From: Nitrospirota bacterium
GTDB taxonomy: Bacteria; Nitrospirota; Nitrospiria; Nitrospirales; Nitrospiraceae
Direction: 5' to 3'
DNA length: 64,000 nt
Assembly (NCBI GenBank): GCA_032123755.1
Contig: JAQBES010000043.1
Span: 17,238 to 81,237, forward strand
A program made the position numbers and the translations under genes. The notes under the pieces are model-generated. The model was not told the DNA's origin. It ran no database searches and worked only from the letters and a program-made list of their open reading frames with translations. Position 1 is the first letter of the stretch; each line of letters opens with the position of its first letter. Positions 1-9,521 of the stretch are shown here, in pieces.

Positions 1-269
1 TGCGCCGTCGCGGTCTTGAGTCCGCCCGGAAAGCCGCTGTGATGGCGATAGAGTTTCGTGGTCATTTTGTTGCCAGTCAAATGAATCTTCTCCGCATTCA
101 CGATCACAACATGGTCGCCCATATCCACATGGGGGGTAAAGGTTGGCCGGTGTTTGCCGCGCAACATCCCGGCAACGCGGGCTGCCAATCGGCCCAGCGT
201 TTGCCCCTCCGCATTCACGAGGTACCACTTTTCCTGCACGTCCAAAGGCTTTTGCATGTAGGTCAACAT
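1..269 (-). CDS. rplM: 50S ribosomal protein L13 (N-terminal part; the gene runs off the left edge of the window)
   Basis: Absent from the ORF track because it is truncated by the window edge. My reverse-strand translation from the ATG at complement 267-269 gives [68 protein letters not shown]. This matches the conserved L13 N-terminus (WY.VDA.G..LGRLA...A..LRGKHK..YTPHVD.GD). Confidence 0.85.
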   Translation of the reverse strand, partial: MLTYMQKPLDVQEKWYLVNAEGQTLGRLAARVAGMLRGKHRPTFTPHVDMGDHVVIVNAEKIHLTGNKMTTKLYRHHSGFPGGLKTATA

Positions 270-301
270 CGTTCTTTCCCGCTCCTTCGCTATCGAGTGA
301 A

Positions 302-799
302 TCAAGTTCCCTGTACTTCCGGTGTGCCGATATTTTTCGACTCTAGTTTTGCCAGCCAGGCGTCGAGATTCGTTGTGCTCCGCCGTTTCAATACATCTTG
401 AGTAATGTAGATCGGGCAAGAAGCCCGGAGGGCCAACGAGATGGCATCGCTGGGCCGGGCATCGATTGTCCGCTCCACGCCTTTGTTGGCGACATACACC
501 ATGGCGTAATAGGTGCTGCTTTTGACGTCCGCAATGACGACGCGTTGGATCGTGATGTTCAAATGCTCGGCGAAACTCTTGATCAAGTCATGGCTCATTG
601 GCCGTGGTGTGATCATGGTATCGAGCGCTAATTTAATGGCATTACCTTCCGCGGCCCCGACCCAAATCGGAAACGTATCGAGAGCACCGTCCTGTCGTGC
701 CAGGACGACAATTCTAGTGTCGGTGTTGGCCTCCTCGAGGATGCGATCCACCCGGTATTCAACCAGGTCTCGTTCTTTGGGTACATCGACGGCGCTCAT
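302..799 (-). CDS. Bifunctional nuclease (BFN/DUF151) family protein, paralog 1
   Basis: Contains [21 protein letters not shown] and [12 protein letters not shown], the signature blocks of DUF151. I start it at the internal ATG (MSAVDV, 799) because the longer ORF would overlap the upstream paralog. No clear SD. Confidence 0.7.
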   Translation of the reverse strand: MSAVDVPKERDLVEYRVDRILEEANTDTRIVVLARQDGALDTFPIWVGAAEGNAIKLALDTMITPRPMSHDLIKSFAEHLNITIQRVVIADVKSSTYYAMVYVANKGVERTIDARPSDAISLALRASCPIYITQDVLKRRSTTNLDAWLAKLESKNIGTPEVQGT

Positions 800-816
800 A
801 TTTGCGTCTCGCTGAA

Positions 817-1272
817 TCAGGAGTCCAGTTTGCCGAAATCTTCCGGTTTGAGATTCTCCAGCCACTGATCGAGTTCTTCGGAGCTCTGTTTGGTGATGAC
901 CGAATCATTTGCAAACACCGGCGCATTGCTCCGAAGCGCAAGTGCAATCGCATCGCTGGGTCTGGCATCGACGGTGTATTCTGAATCTTCGTACATCAAA
1001 TGGATTTTTGCAAAATAGGTGTGCTCAGACAAGTCCGTAATGACCACGCTGATGACTTTCGCGTTGAAAGCATCGAGGAGTGATTTCATGAAGTCGTGCG
1101 TCATCGGCCGGGGGGGCGTGACGTTTTCCATTGACATACTAATCGCACCTGCTTCTGACTTGCCGACCCAAATGGGAAGCATGTCGGAATGTTCTTCGTC
1201 ACGTAGCACCACGATATACGCGTTATTATAGGGGTCGAACATCAACCCTTTTACCTGCATCTGTGTAATCAC
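817..1272 (-). CDS. Bifunctional nuclease (BFN/DUF151) family protein, paralog 2
   Basis: Contains LPIWVGKSEAGAI, PRPMTHDF and [12 protein letters not shown]. The GTG start is preceded by GGAGAAGGAG about 10 nt upstream. The stop lies 17 nt before the start of paralog 1. Confidence 0.75.
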   Translation of the reverse strand: MITQMQVKGLMFDPYNNAYIVVLRDEEHSDMLPIWVGKSEAGAISMSMENVTPPRPMTHDFMKSLLDAFNAKVISVVITDLSEHTYFAKIHLMYEDSEYTVDARPSDAIALALRSNAPVFANDSVITKQSSEELDQWLENLKPEDFGKLDS

Positions 1273-1475
1273 AACAAACCGGCTCCTTCTCCTCAGCTAA
1301 AAAAGTCGCGAGGAAATGCTGATCACCCTGACAGATGGATCAAGTGCTTTCTAATGTAGCATTTCAGAAATCGGCCTGTCAACGAAGCCTGCGAGATCGC
1401 TGAAGAAATTCGCGGAAGGCTCTGGCGATCAATGGCCTAGCCGGTGACCCGCTTTCCGCCGCAAAACCGCCTGGC

Positions 1476-1754
1476 TTAGGCCGGTGGGCGATAGTTCTGA
1501 TCCAGCTTTCCTGTATCAGTTTGTTCGCCAAGTTTAAGAAAGGCCTTCATCTGCTTCTTCACGAGTTCTCTGCCGCTCTCTTCGCCCAGGTTGACCTGAT
1601 ATTCGTTGATGACCATGACCCGCATGCCTTCCCACTTTTTCCAGCAGGGCTTGCAGACCTTGGCCTTGATCTCGGATTCAAGCCTCCCCATGAAGAGGGG
1701 ATCCGTGATAGTTTCTCCGGCCTGTCCACATGTCACGCACTGGACGTCTGCCAT
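1476..1754 (-). CDS. yggX: YggX-like Fe(2+)-trafficking / oxidative damage protection protein
   Basis: From the internal ATG the product is MADVQCVTCGQAGETITDPLFMGRLESEIKAKVCKPCWKKWEGMRVMVINEYQVNL. This matches the YggX pattern in size (about 92 aa), in the N-terminal C..C and in the W..W....MLINE block. Confidence 0.65.
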   Translation of the reverse strand: MADVQCVTCGQAGETITDPLFMGRLESEIKAKVCKPCWKKWEGMRVMVINEYQVNLGEESGRELVKKQMKAFLKLGEQTDTGKLDQNYRPPA

Positions 1755-1895
1755 GGTGTGAGGATCCTCCTGATCATAATAGTTAGGTGAGTGTGACGAA
1801 GGATTGTAACACTGCGGGCGTGCTAAAAAAAAGAGGGGAGCAGATTGACCCACACATGGCTTCGTGCTAAGAAGAATCGCCTTTTAAATGGATGC

Positions 1896-1982
1896 GCCCG
1901 GATGGCGGAACTGGCAGACGCGCCGGACTCAAAATCCGGTTCTCGTAAGAGAGTGGGAGTTCGACCCTCCCTCTGGGCACCA
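1896..1982 (+). tRNA. tRNA-Leu (anticodon CAA), encoded CCA end
   Basis: Cloverleaf folded by hand. Acceptor gcccgga/tctgggc (one G-U). Anticodon stem ccgga/tccgg with loop ctCAAaa. Long variable arm (ttctcgtaagagagt). T arm gggag-ttcgacc-ctccc. Discriminator A plus CCA. Confidence 0.9.
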
Positions 1983-2086
1983 TCAGTCCACAGCGTGGTA
2001 ACAGAATTGGCGTGGGGGCGTTGCCGGTTCGGGTGATGGCCGGATTGTACGCGAATCTGAATCAAATAAAACAGGTCTATCCCCAG

Positions 2087-2115
2087 TTGACATGTCCGAA
2101 TGGGTAGCCTATATT
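2087..2115 (+). promoter_or_regulatory. Near-consensus sigma70-type promoter (TTGACA-17 nt-TATATT)
   Basis: TTGACA at 2087-2092, a 17-nt spacer, TATATT at 2110-2115. It sits about 100 nt upstream of the SD (AAGGAGGAGG) and the ATG at 2216. Confidence 0.55.
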
Positions 2116-2215
2116 TTTACAGATAGTGTGATGAAGAAGCTTCAAAATCATGATGTTGGACCATTTTGGTGCCCGTCATTTCACTGCATCTCTAATTTTG
2201 GCAAGGAGGAGGCAC

Positions 2216-2971
2216 ATGCGTAAGGTGTTGGCACTAGGAGCGGCAATTCTTTTTGTCGGTTCCGTGAGTGTGTCACTCGCTCAGGAGCGCTTGCAGTCTA
2301 ACCAATCCGGCATGGGCGTGGGTACGGGAGTTGGCGATGTGTCGGGGTCAAGCACGCGAGTGACTACCTTCGACCGAACCAACTTCCTCGATCGGCTGTC
2401 GCAGCCGGAGACAGTGTATGGACGGGTGTTTGCACTTGACCTGCCCGGAAACAGACTCATGATTGAAACAGGCGGGGCAGGGAAGATATTCGACCAAGGG
2501 CAGGAAGGCAAGTCAGGATACGGAGCTCGGACGGTTATGACCCTGCTCATCGATGACCATTCAAACCTTCAGAGCCTCAGAGAATTGAATGTCGGGGACG
2601 ACGTCTCCATTCAAGTCATAGAACAGGTCAATGAAAACCATCCGTATGGGACAGGGAAGAAACTTGTGTTGGAAGCGTATGTGGTTCACGTTGCTGACAC
2701 CAGGCAGGGGTTTGGTGGACTTGGACAACGTCCAGATCCTGAGCATGAGCGCGCGCTTTCGACGAATCGTGGCGGGATCACCGGTGGCATCGCTGGCTCT
2801 GTGCTTCCAGGAGAGATCGAGTCCGGTATCACCAGCTCGGTTGGTGAATATACCGGAGCAGCTCCCTGCTGGCAGTGTGAACCCCAGCCAGGATGGGGTA
2901 ATGCAGTCGGAAACCAGTCAGACTATGGGACGGACTACAACAAGCCCAACTTGGTCAAGGGCTTGAATTAA
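2216..2971 (+). CDS. Hypothetical secreted protein (Gly/Ser-rich ends, C-terminal CWQC)
   Basis: I chose the ATG at 2216 because of a strong SD and the signal-peptide-like MRKVLALGAAILFVGSVSVSLAQE. I recognise no family. A C-terminal CWQC motif is present. Bracketed by a consensus promoter and an intrinsic terminator. Confidence 0.6.
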   Translation: MRKVLALGAAILFVGSVSVSLAQERLQSNQSGMGVGTGVGDVSGSSTRVTTFDRTNFLDRLSQPETVYGRVFALDLPGNRLMIETGGAGKIFDQGQEGKSGYGARTVMTLLIDDHSNLQSLRELNVGDDVSIQVIEQVNENHPYGTGKKLVLEAYVVHVADTRQGFGGLGQRPDPEHERALSTNRGGITGGIAGSVLPGEIESGITSSVGEYTGAAPCWQCEPQPGWGNAVGNQSDYGTDYNKPNLVKGLN

Positions 2972-3000
2972 GTCGAGACATATTTGGTGAGTGCTGAGGA

Positions 3001-3029
3001 GGGGCAGCGAGGCGCTGCCCCTTTTTTTT
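3001..3029 (+). terminator. Rho-independent terminator
   Basis: Hairpin GGGGCAGCG-agg-CGCTGCCCC followed by T8. Confidence 0.85.
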
Positions 3030-3146
3030 GCGTTCACCATAGTTGTGACACTTGGTGCAGTGCTTGCCGGGCCACCGGTTTCTTGTTAGGATTTGCGTCG
3101 TGCCGGCGCACGACGAATGCTTAGGATTGTTGCGGAGGAGAGAGAC

Positions 3147-3419
3147 GTGGCCGTAAATGGAGAGGGAATCACGACAGTGGCTGGTCGACCGGATGCCGAG
3201 TTGGATTTGCGGGGAGTGATTTGCCCTTATAACTTCGTCAAAACGAAGTTGAAACTGGAATCGATGGAGCAGGGACAGATCCTTTCAGTGCTGTTGGACG
3301 ATGGCGACCCGATTCGGAATGTTCCTCGCAGTGTGAGTAATGAGGGGCACACCATCGTTTCTCAAGAACGCGTCGAAGGGTCCTATCGAGTGCTCATCTG
3401 CCGCCGTGAAGACGAGTAA
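3147..3419 (+). CDS. TusA/SirA-like sulfur carrier protein
   Basis: LDLRGVICPYNFVKTKLKL is the CP.P active-site motif of the TusA family, and the size (about 90 aa) fits. I prefer the GTG at 3147 (SD GGAGGAGAG upstream). The longest ORF starts at TTG 3093. Confidence 0.7.
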   Translation: MAVNGEGITTVAGRPDAELDLRGVICPYNFVKTKLKLESMEQGQILSVLLDDGDPIRNVPRSVSNEGHTIVSQERVEGSYRVLICRREDE

Positions 3420-4197
3420 CGCGGGACATTCTTCCGCGCATCTTTTTCGTTTGCGATCCTGCCCTATACCCTTCAATGACGACCGTCACCGCTGAGTCCT
3501 TCGACACTGGTCCGATATGATCGAGCAGCTTACCCGGCCTTCCGCGAGAGAAGGTCTCTTCGCTCATTGTAAGATTCATGGCGATGGCAATCTGTCTGGT
3601 GGGAAGTATCTGCGCCAGGGCTTTCAGTAGCCCTGTGAGGGCTCTGGGGTCCACATAGAAAACGAGAGTGCTTCGTTCTTTGCGGAGACGGGAGAGGTAT
3701 TGGCCGAGGCGATAACTGGTTGAGGGAAGGTGTCCTTCAAAGATGATCGCATCACCAGAGAAGCCGGAGATCGCCGCCGCTGCCGTCATGCTCGTGGGGC
3801 CAGGGACGGCTTTGACCGGAATTCCTGCTTGATAAGCTGCAGCCACAAACAGACTACCTGGGTCATAGATGACCGGGGTGCCGTTGTCTGAAACGAGGGC
3901 GACATCCTGTCCCTGCATGAGTCGATGCAGAAGGAGCAGTACTTTCTCGTGGCGATTGAGCGGGCCGTAGCTCGTGATTGTTGCGGTGATGCCATGATGG
4001 GCTAGGAGCGCCTGGGTCATGAGAGGGTCTTCTGACGCAATCACATCGACGTGGCGCAGTGTGGCAAGGGCCCGAAGGGTGATGTCATCGGGGTGGCCAA
4101 TCGGCGTGCTGACGACATACAGAGTGCCGGGAGGGCGATATAGGGGTGTCCTGCCTCCCACTATTCGATCGGTTGGTTGACTCCCATCTCGCGCCAT
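3394..4197 (-). CDS. rsmI: 16S rRNA (cytidine1402-2'-O)-methyltransferase
   Basis: GTLYVVSTPIGHPDDITLRAL...VIASEDP...LVSDNGTP.IYDPG...VPGPTS are typical RsmI/tetrapyrrole-methylase-fold blocks. I chose ATG 4197 because the TTG at 4260 would abut the divergent gene with no promoter space. Confidence 0.8.
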   Translation of the reverse strand: MARDGSQPTDRIVGGRTPLYRPPGTLYVVSTPIGHPDDITLRALATLRHVDVIASEDPLMTQALLAHHGITATITSYGPLNRHEKVLLLLHRLMQGQDVALVSDNGTPVIYDPGSLFVAAAYQAGIPVKAVPGPTSMTAAAAISGFSGDAIIFEGHLPSTSYRLGQYLSRLRKERSTLVFYVDPRALTGLLKALAQILPTRQIAIAMNLTMSEETFSRGRPGKLLDHIGPVSKDSAVTVVIEGYRAGSQTKKMRGRMSRVTRLHGGR

Positions 4198-4206
4198 CGA
4201 TATAAT
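4177..4206 (+). promoter_or_regulatory. Candidate sigma70-type promoter of the hem operon (TTGACT-18 nt-TATAAT)
   Basis: TTGACT at 4177-4182 and TATAAT at 4201-4206, followed by the SD GAGAGGA and ATG 4260. It lies in the AT-rich divergent region, with the -35 element inside the rsmI 5' end. Confidence 0.45.
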
Positions 4207-4259
4207 TCTCTGTTTAATAGCAGTCGATTTTTCTTGAAAATTTGAGAGGATAGATCTCA

Positions 4260-5063
4260 ATGGCTGCCATGTTTTTTATGGTGACGATGGCCTTGTATTT
4301 TGCGGCCACTGTTTCCTATCTCTCCTACTTGCTCAGGCCTTCGGAAGCCCTATCCAAGGTCTCCCTGGGTATGACGGCGATCGGGTTTGCCTCCCACACG
4401 ATTGCGTTGGTCGCACGGATGGTCGTGGCGACGGATGTCTCGCCGCCGGGGTTCCAGGAAGCCCTGTCGTTTGTTTCCTGGATGCTGATTCTGGTCTTCC
4501 TCGTCGTGGAATATCGCCATCGTTTGCACGTGCTGGGCTCCTTTATCGTCCCCCTAGCACTGGTCTCGCTGGTCTCCGCCGCGGCATTGCCGGAAACCGT
4601 TCCGACGCTCACTCCGATGTTTCACACGCTGTGGGTCCATATCACCCTGAGCATGCTCGGCACGGTGGGGTTTGCCATCGCTTTTGTGGCCGGTCTCATG
4701 TATCTGATTCAGGATGGACTTCTCAAGTCCAAACGTTTCAATGTCCTCTACTCGAAGTTGCCCGCCCTGGATTTTCTGGACCATCTGAATCAGCAGTCAA
4801 TCGTAACAGGATTTCCGCTTCTCACGCTCGGCATCATTACTGGTGCGCTTTCTGCCGAATTCTCTCGGGGGTCATATCTGAACTGGAATCCCGAGCAAAC
4901 TTGGGCGGTGGTGACGTGGGTATTCTACTTCGTCGTATTGATGGGACGACTGACGGTGGGCTGGAGAGCCAAACGCGCGGCGTACCTGACAATCATTGGA
5001 TTTGCAGGGGTTATTCTGACCCTTATCGGCGTGGTCCTCAAGAGTCACGGACCGGTGTCGTAA
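4260..5063 (+). CDS. Cytochrome c assembly (CcsA/HemX-like) membrane protein
   Basis: Polytopic membrane protein with a Trp-rich segment (NWNPEQTWAVVTWVFYF). It sits immediately upstream of hemA, as Bacillus-type hemX does. Confidence 0.65.
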   Translation: MAAMFFMVTMALYFAATVSYLSYLLRPSEALSKVSLGMTAIGFASHTIALVARMVVATDVSPPGFQEALSFVSWMLILVFLVVEYRHRLHVLGSFIVPLALVSLVSAAALPETVPTLTPMFHTLWVHITLSMLGTVGFAIAFVAGLMYLIQDGLLKSKRFNVLYSKLPALDFLDHLNQQSIVTGFPLLTLGIITGALSAEFSRGSYLNWNPEQTWAVVTWVFYFVVLMGRLTVGWRAKRAAYLTIIGFAGVILTLIGVVLKSHGPVS

Positions 5064-5064
5064 T

Positions 5065-6456
5065 ATGCACATTGTCGTCGTTGGTTTGAGCCACAAGACA
5101 GCCCCGGTCGAAATCCGCGAGAAACTCGCGGTCCCTGAGAGCCGGATGGGCGAAGCCCTGACCCGTCTCTGTTCGTACCAGGGGGTGCGGGAAGGGATAT
5201 TATTGTCGACGTGCAATCGTGTTGAGGTCTATGCCGTCGTCGATGAGATCGAAGCAGGGTATGGACGAATCCAGGATTTCCTCGCTGACGCCCACCTTTC
5301 GCTGTCCTCGGAGCAACTGACTCCCCATATGTACTGGCACCAGGGGGATCGGGCGATCAGCCATTTATTCCGTGTGGCTTCCAGTCTCGACTCTATGATC
5401 GTCGGCGAGTCGCAGATTCTGGGCCAGATCAAAGAGGCCTTCGACGTCGCGCTTACACACAAGACGACCGGTATCATTCTGAACAAGGTCGTGAAGAAAG
5501 CGATCTCCGTCGCTAAGCGTGTGCGAACGGAAACGAAAATTGCCGAGATGGCGGTGTCGGTCAGCTATGCCGCGGTCGAATTAGCTAAAAAGATATTCTC
5601 GGACTTAAGCGAGAAGACGGTGCTGTTGGTGGGGGCGGGGGAGATGGCGAAGTTGGCGGCACGGCATTTCATTGCCAGCGGTGTCCGGCATGTGCGGGTG
5701 ACGACCAGGAATCCTCAAAATGCCGTTGAGTTGGCAAACCGGTTTGGCGGCATCGCGGTCGCCTTTGAGGAGTTTCGGGAGGATATGGCTTCGGCCGATA
5801 TCGTCTTGGTGTCGACCGGAGCCGCACATTATCTTGTGAGCGAGGATGACGTGCAGCGCTCGATCAAGCAACGGATGAATCGTCCGATGTTCCTGATCGA
5901 CATCTCGGTTCCCCGCAATATCGATCCGGCCGTGCGGCATGTGGATAATGCTTTCCTCTTCGACATCGACGATTTGAAAGCGCGGGTTGAACAGAATCGC
6001 GGCGGACGCTTGCAGGAGGCCGAAAAGGCCGAGCGGATGGTGGTGGATGAAGTCGTCATCGTCCGGCAATGGCTCCAGTCGCTCGAAGTGACTCCCACCA
6101 TCATGGCCCTTCGTATGAGGGTCGATGACATCAAGCGGGCGGAAGTCGAGAAGACCTTGGGGCGATTGGCGAATCTGTCTGCTCCGGAGCGTGAATTAGT
6201 CGAAGCTATGGCGTCGTCGATCGTGAACAAACTCATTCATAATACGATGGTGACGCTCAAGGCCGAGGTGAATTCCTCGGAGGGGGCTGCCTTTGTCGAA
6301 GCGGCGAGACGCTTTTTCAGCCTCAGCGACCCTGCGGTCTCCAATGCTAATGGGAGTGCGTCATCTGCGCCGGAGACCGGTCATTCGTCACAAGAAGATA
6401 TCCGGAATACTGAAGAGGCGACACCGAGAGCTGGTTCGAAGATGCCGGACCATTGA
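5065..6456 (+). CDS. hemA: Glutamyl-tRNA reductase
   Basis: MHIVVVGLSHKTAPVEIREKLA, LSTCNRVEVY, GESQILGQ and the NAD-binding VLLVGAGEMA are canonical HemA blocks. Confidence 0.95.
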   Translation: MHIVVVGLSHKTAPVEIREKLAVPESRMGEALTRLCSYQGVREGILLSTCNRVEVYAVVDEIEAGYGRIQDFLADAHLSLSSEQLTPHMYWHQGDRAISHLFRVASSLDSMIVGESQILGQIKEAFDVALTHKTTGIILNKVVKKAISVAKRVRTETKIAEMAVSVSYAAVELAKKIFSDLSEKTVLLVGAGEMAKLAARHFIASGVRHVRVTTRNPQNAVELANRFGGIAVAFEEFREDMASADIVLVSTGAAHYLVSEDDVQRSIKQRMNRPMFLIDISVPRNIDPAVRHVDNAFLFDIDDLKARVEQNRGGRLQEAEKAERMVVDEVVIVRQWLQSLEVTPTIMALRMRVDDIKRAEVEKTLGRLANLSAPERELVEAMASSIVNKLIHNTMVTLKAEVNSSEGAAFVEAARRFFSLSDPAVSNANGSASSAPETGHSSQEDIRNTEEATPRAGSKMPDH

Positions 6457-6562
6457 GCGTTAGAAGACCGTTATTTGGTTGTCTCGTTCGTGTGGTTGAA
6501 CAAAATAAGCAAATGAACCAAATCAACCAGACAGACCAGATGTGAGTCGGTGAAAGGGAGCC

Positions 6563-7510
6563 ATGTCAACAGTCGGCCATGAACGATCAACCGTCGTGCT
6601 TGGAACGCGCGGGAGTAAGCTGGCGGTGCAGCAGAGCGAGTGGGTGCAGGGGCAGTTGCACGCGCTGGCTCCGCATGTGACGGTGACGTTGCGGAAGATC
6701 CAAACCTCGGGAGACAAGATTCTGGACGTCCCGCTGGCTCAAATTGGCGGGAAGGGACTGTTCGTAAAGGAGATCGAGGAAGCGCTGTTGAGCGGCGAGA
6801 TCGACCTGGCGGTGCATAGTATGAAAGACGTGCCCACGGAGTTGCCCGAGGGATTGGCTATACTCTGTGTGCCGCCCCGCGAGGATCCCCGGGATGCACT
6901 GATTAGTCGTGACGGGCGGTCCTTCGTGGACCTTCCTCGTGGCGCCCGGATCGGGACCAGCAGCCTTCGCCGCCAATCACAACTCTTGCATTCCAGGCCT
7001 GATCTCACGATTGCCATGTTGCGCGGGAACTTGGATACCCGTCTCAAGAAATTACGGGAGGGACAGTTCGACGCCATCGTGCTTGCCGCGGCCGGGCTCC
7101 GGCGATTGGCCTGGGCGCATGAGATTACTGAGTATCTTGCGCCGCAGATTAGTTTGCCTGCCATTGGCCAGGGGGCGCTGGGCATCGAGGGCCGGCGCGC
7201 CGATCCCTTTATCCATTCGTTGTTGAGTGGCTTGGACCATGCGCCAAGTAAGATAGCCGTTCTTGCCGAACGTGCCTTGCTCCATCGCCTCCAAGGAGGC
7301 TGTCAGGTTCCGATCGCGGCGCATGCGACAGTGGTCGGGAGAGGGGTGAGACTGGAAGGATTGGTATCCAGCGTGGACGGCAAAGAGCTCATTCGCGATA
7401 CCGTTGAAGGAACCATTGAGGATCCGGAGTCGATCGGTATTCAACTCGCGGAACGATTGCTCGCACGTGGTGGCGATAGAATTCTTCAAGCGATCTACGG
7501 GACCACATGA
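6563..7510 (+). CDS. hemC: Hydroxymethylbilane synthase (porphobilinogen deaminase)
   Basis: LGTRGSKLA..Q, GGKGLFVKEIE, AVHSMKDVP and RGNLDTRL are canonical HemC blocks. SD GGGAG before the ATG. Confidence 0.95.
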   Translation: MSTVGHERSTVVLGTRGSKLAVQQSEWVQGQLHALAPHVTVTLRKIQTSGDKILDVPLAQIGGKGLFVKEIEEALLSGEIDLAVHSMKDVPTELPEGLAILCVPPREDPRDALISRDGRSFVDLPRGARIGTSSLRRQSQLLHSRPDLTIAMLRGNLDTRLKKLREGQFDAIVLAAAGLRRLAWAHEITEYLAPQISLPAIGQGALGIEGRRADPFIHSLLSGLDHAPSKIAVLAERALLHRLQGGCQVPIAAHATVVGRGVRLEGLVSSVDGKELIRDTVEGTIEDPESIGIQLAERLLARGGDRILQAIYGTT

Positions 7511-9072
7511 CGAAACCGAGAAGATCTGGGAAGGTCTATCTAGTGGGAGCGGGACCAGGCGATCCTGGACTCTTGACGCTGAAAGGGAAGGAATGCCTGG
7601 AGCAGGCCGATATCGTCCTGTACGATTATCTCGCGAATTCTGTCTTACTGCAGTATGCTCCGGCTACGGCCCAGCGCATCTATGTTGGCCGGCGTGGACG
7701 TGGGCAGTATCAAGACCAAGCCGACATCAATCGCCTGCTCATTGAGCGTGCCAAGGAGGGGAACGTGGTGGTTCGGCTCAAAGGGGGCGACCCGTTTGTC
7801 TTCGGACGCGGTGGAGAAGAAGCAGAAGCGGTGGCCGCTGCAGGGGTCGACTTCGAGATCGTGCCTGGTGTGACGGCGGCGGTCGCGGTTCCTGCCTATG
7901 CGGGCATCCCGGTGACCCATCGAACGTTGGCTTCCACGGTTACGTTTGTGGCCGGGCACGAAGATCCCACCAAGCCGGCGGCATTTGTGGAATGGCCCAA
8001 ATTGGCCAGTACATCAGGGACGCTCGTGTTCATGATGGGCATGAAGAATCTTCCTTCGATCGTCAAACAGTTACTGTCGGAGGGGCGGTCACCCGACACG
8101 CCGGCTGCGGCGATCCGTTGGGGGACCAAAGCAGACCAACAGACTATCGTGGGGACATTGGGCGATATTGTCGAGAAAGCGGAAGTTGCGCATTTCGAAC
8201 CGCCGACGGTGATCGTAGTGGGTGAGGTCGTGCGATTGCGAGGACAGCTGAATTGGTTTGAAACCAAGCCGCTCTTCGGGAAACGGATCGTGCTCACCCG
8301 TGCGCAGGAGCAGGCAAGAGAATTTTCCCAGCTACTGGCGGCCTATGGCGCGGAGCCGGTTGAAGTTCCGACGATTCAGATCGTGCCTCCGGCTAGTTGG
8401 CAGGCGATCGATGATGCGGTGATTCGTCTCAGTACCTATCAATGGTTGATTTTTACCAGCGTGAACGGGGTGCGGCCTTTCATGGACCGGCTTCATGCGG
8501 CAGGGAAAGATGCGCGCGCGTTGGCGAACCTTCGCCTGTGCGCGATTGGACCAAGAACTGCGCAGGAACTGGGAACCTATGGGCTGACTCCGGATGTCGT
8601 TCCAACCGAGTTTCAGGCAGAGGGCGTGATCGCCGCATTGGCCCATGTGGGAATCCACGGGAGCCGCGTCTTGATCCCACGCGCCGAAGTCGCTCGCGAA
8701 ATCTTGCCGGAACAATTGCGTGAGTTAGGGGCCACCGTCGATGTGATTCCTGTCTATCGGACGCTCGCTCCCCCAGTGGACGTTGCGTCCTTGACGCAAC
8801 AGCTTCACGATGGGCGGGTGGCGGCGGTGACCTTCACGAGCTCCTCCACCGTTCGCAATTTCGTGGAAGTCTTTGGAGGGCGGGATGCGGTGAGACCACT
8901 TGTCGCGCGGATAGTCATTGCCTGCATCGGACCCATTACGGCACGCACGGCGGAGGAGTATGGGTTGACGGTCACGGTCATGCCGTCTGAAAATACTGTG
9001 CCGGCGCTGGCAGAAGCGATCGTGAGGTATTTCAGGGAAGAGGCTCGAGTCGCCGTCTCTACGCGCGGATAG
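7507..9072 (+). CDS. cobA/hemD: Fusion of uroporphyrinogen-III C-methyltransferase and uroporphyrinogen-III synthase
   Basis: The N-terminal half has [18 protein letters not shown] and [14 protein letters not shown] (SUMT). The C-terminal roughly 250 aa have the HemD pattern (LTR...FTS.NGV). ATGA start/stop overlap with hemC. Confidence 0.9.
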   Translation: MTKPRRSGKVYLVGAGPGDPGLLTLKGKECLEQADIVLYDYLANSVLLQYAPATAQRIYVGRRGRGQYQDQADINRLLIERAKEGNVVVRLKGGDPFVFGRGGEEAEAVAAAGVDFEIVPGVTAAVAVPAYAGIPVTHRTLASTVTFVAGHEDPTKPAAFVEWPKLASTSGTLVFMMGMKNLPSIVKQLLSEGRSPDTPAAAIRWGTKADQQTIVGTLGDIVEKAEVAHFEPPTVIVVGEVVRLRGQLNWFETKPLFGKRIVLTRAQEQAREFSQLLAAYGAEPVEVPTIQIVPPASWQAIDDAVIRLSTYQWLIFTSVNGVRPFMDRLHAAGKDARALANLRLCAIGPRTAQELGTYGLTPDVVPTEFQAEGVIAALAHVGIHGSRVLIPRAEVAREILPEQLRELGATVDVIPVYRTLAPPVDVASLTQQLHDGRVAAVTFTSSSTVRNFVEVFGGRDAVRPLVARIVIACIGPITARTAEEYGLTVTVMPSENTVPALAEAIVRYFREEARVAVSTRG

Positions 9073-9124
9073 GCCGAAGCATACGGCAGGGTGACGGTCT
9101 GAATTAGTCAAGGGAGGACATTGT

Positions 9125-9517
9125 ATGGTTCCAGTCAAGTCGTTCATGGTTCCAAGGGAGAAGTTTATTACGGTTGCGCGGGATACGGATGCACAGACGG
9201 CGGCACGTATCATGCGGGATCGTGGCATCGGTAGCCTGTTCGTAACGAACGGGAAGGAGATCGTCGGAATCCTCACGGATACCGATATGGTCCGGCGCGT
9301 GGTAGCGGCTGGTGCCGATACCCACAAGACAACGGTCGAACAGATTATGTCTGCCCCGATCTTGACGATCGAGGCGAACAAGACAGTGTTAGATGCCAAC
9401 GATTTGATGGCCCAAACGCATACTCGCCATCTCGGCGTGACTCAGGGTGGCAATTTGGTCGGGATGATTTCTGTGCGCGACCTCGTGGTATTCTTGACGA
9501 ATCTTCCGAGGAAGTAA
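9125..9517 (+). CDS. CBS-pair domain protein
   Basis: 130 aa with two CBS-like halves (GIGSLFV...GILTDTDMV and HLGV...GMISVRDLV). SD AGGGAGGA. Confidence 0.75.
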   Translation: MVPVKSFMVPREKFITVARDTDAQTAARIMRDRGIGSLFVTNGKEIVGILTDTDMVRRVVAAGADTHKTTVEQIMSAPILTIEANKTVLDANDLMAQTHTRHLGVTQGGNLVGMISVRDLVVFLTNLPRK

Positions 9518-9521
9518 TCCG

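Noticed and set aside
1896-2215. A genomic island or integrated element at tRNA-Leu, and likewise at tRNA-Gly (53801-54007).
   Set aside because: No integrase, excisionase or transposase is present. I could not find a direct repeat of the tRNA 3' end downstream. The neighbouring genes are housekeeping genes, apart from one orphan secreted protein.
6470-6545. Inverted GGTTG/CAACC motifs in the hemA-hemC spacer (ATTTGGTTG...TGGTTGAAC...GAACCAAATCAACCAG).
   Set aside because: The pairing is short and ambiguous (competing nested and crossing alternatives), and no T-tract is present. The evidence is too weak to call a structure.
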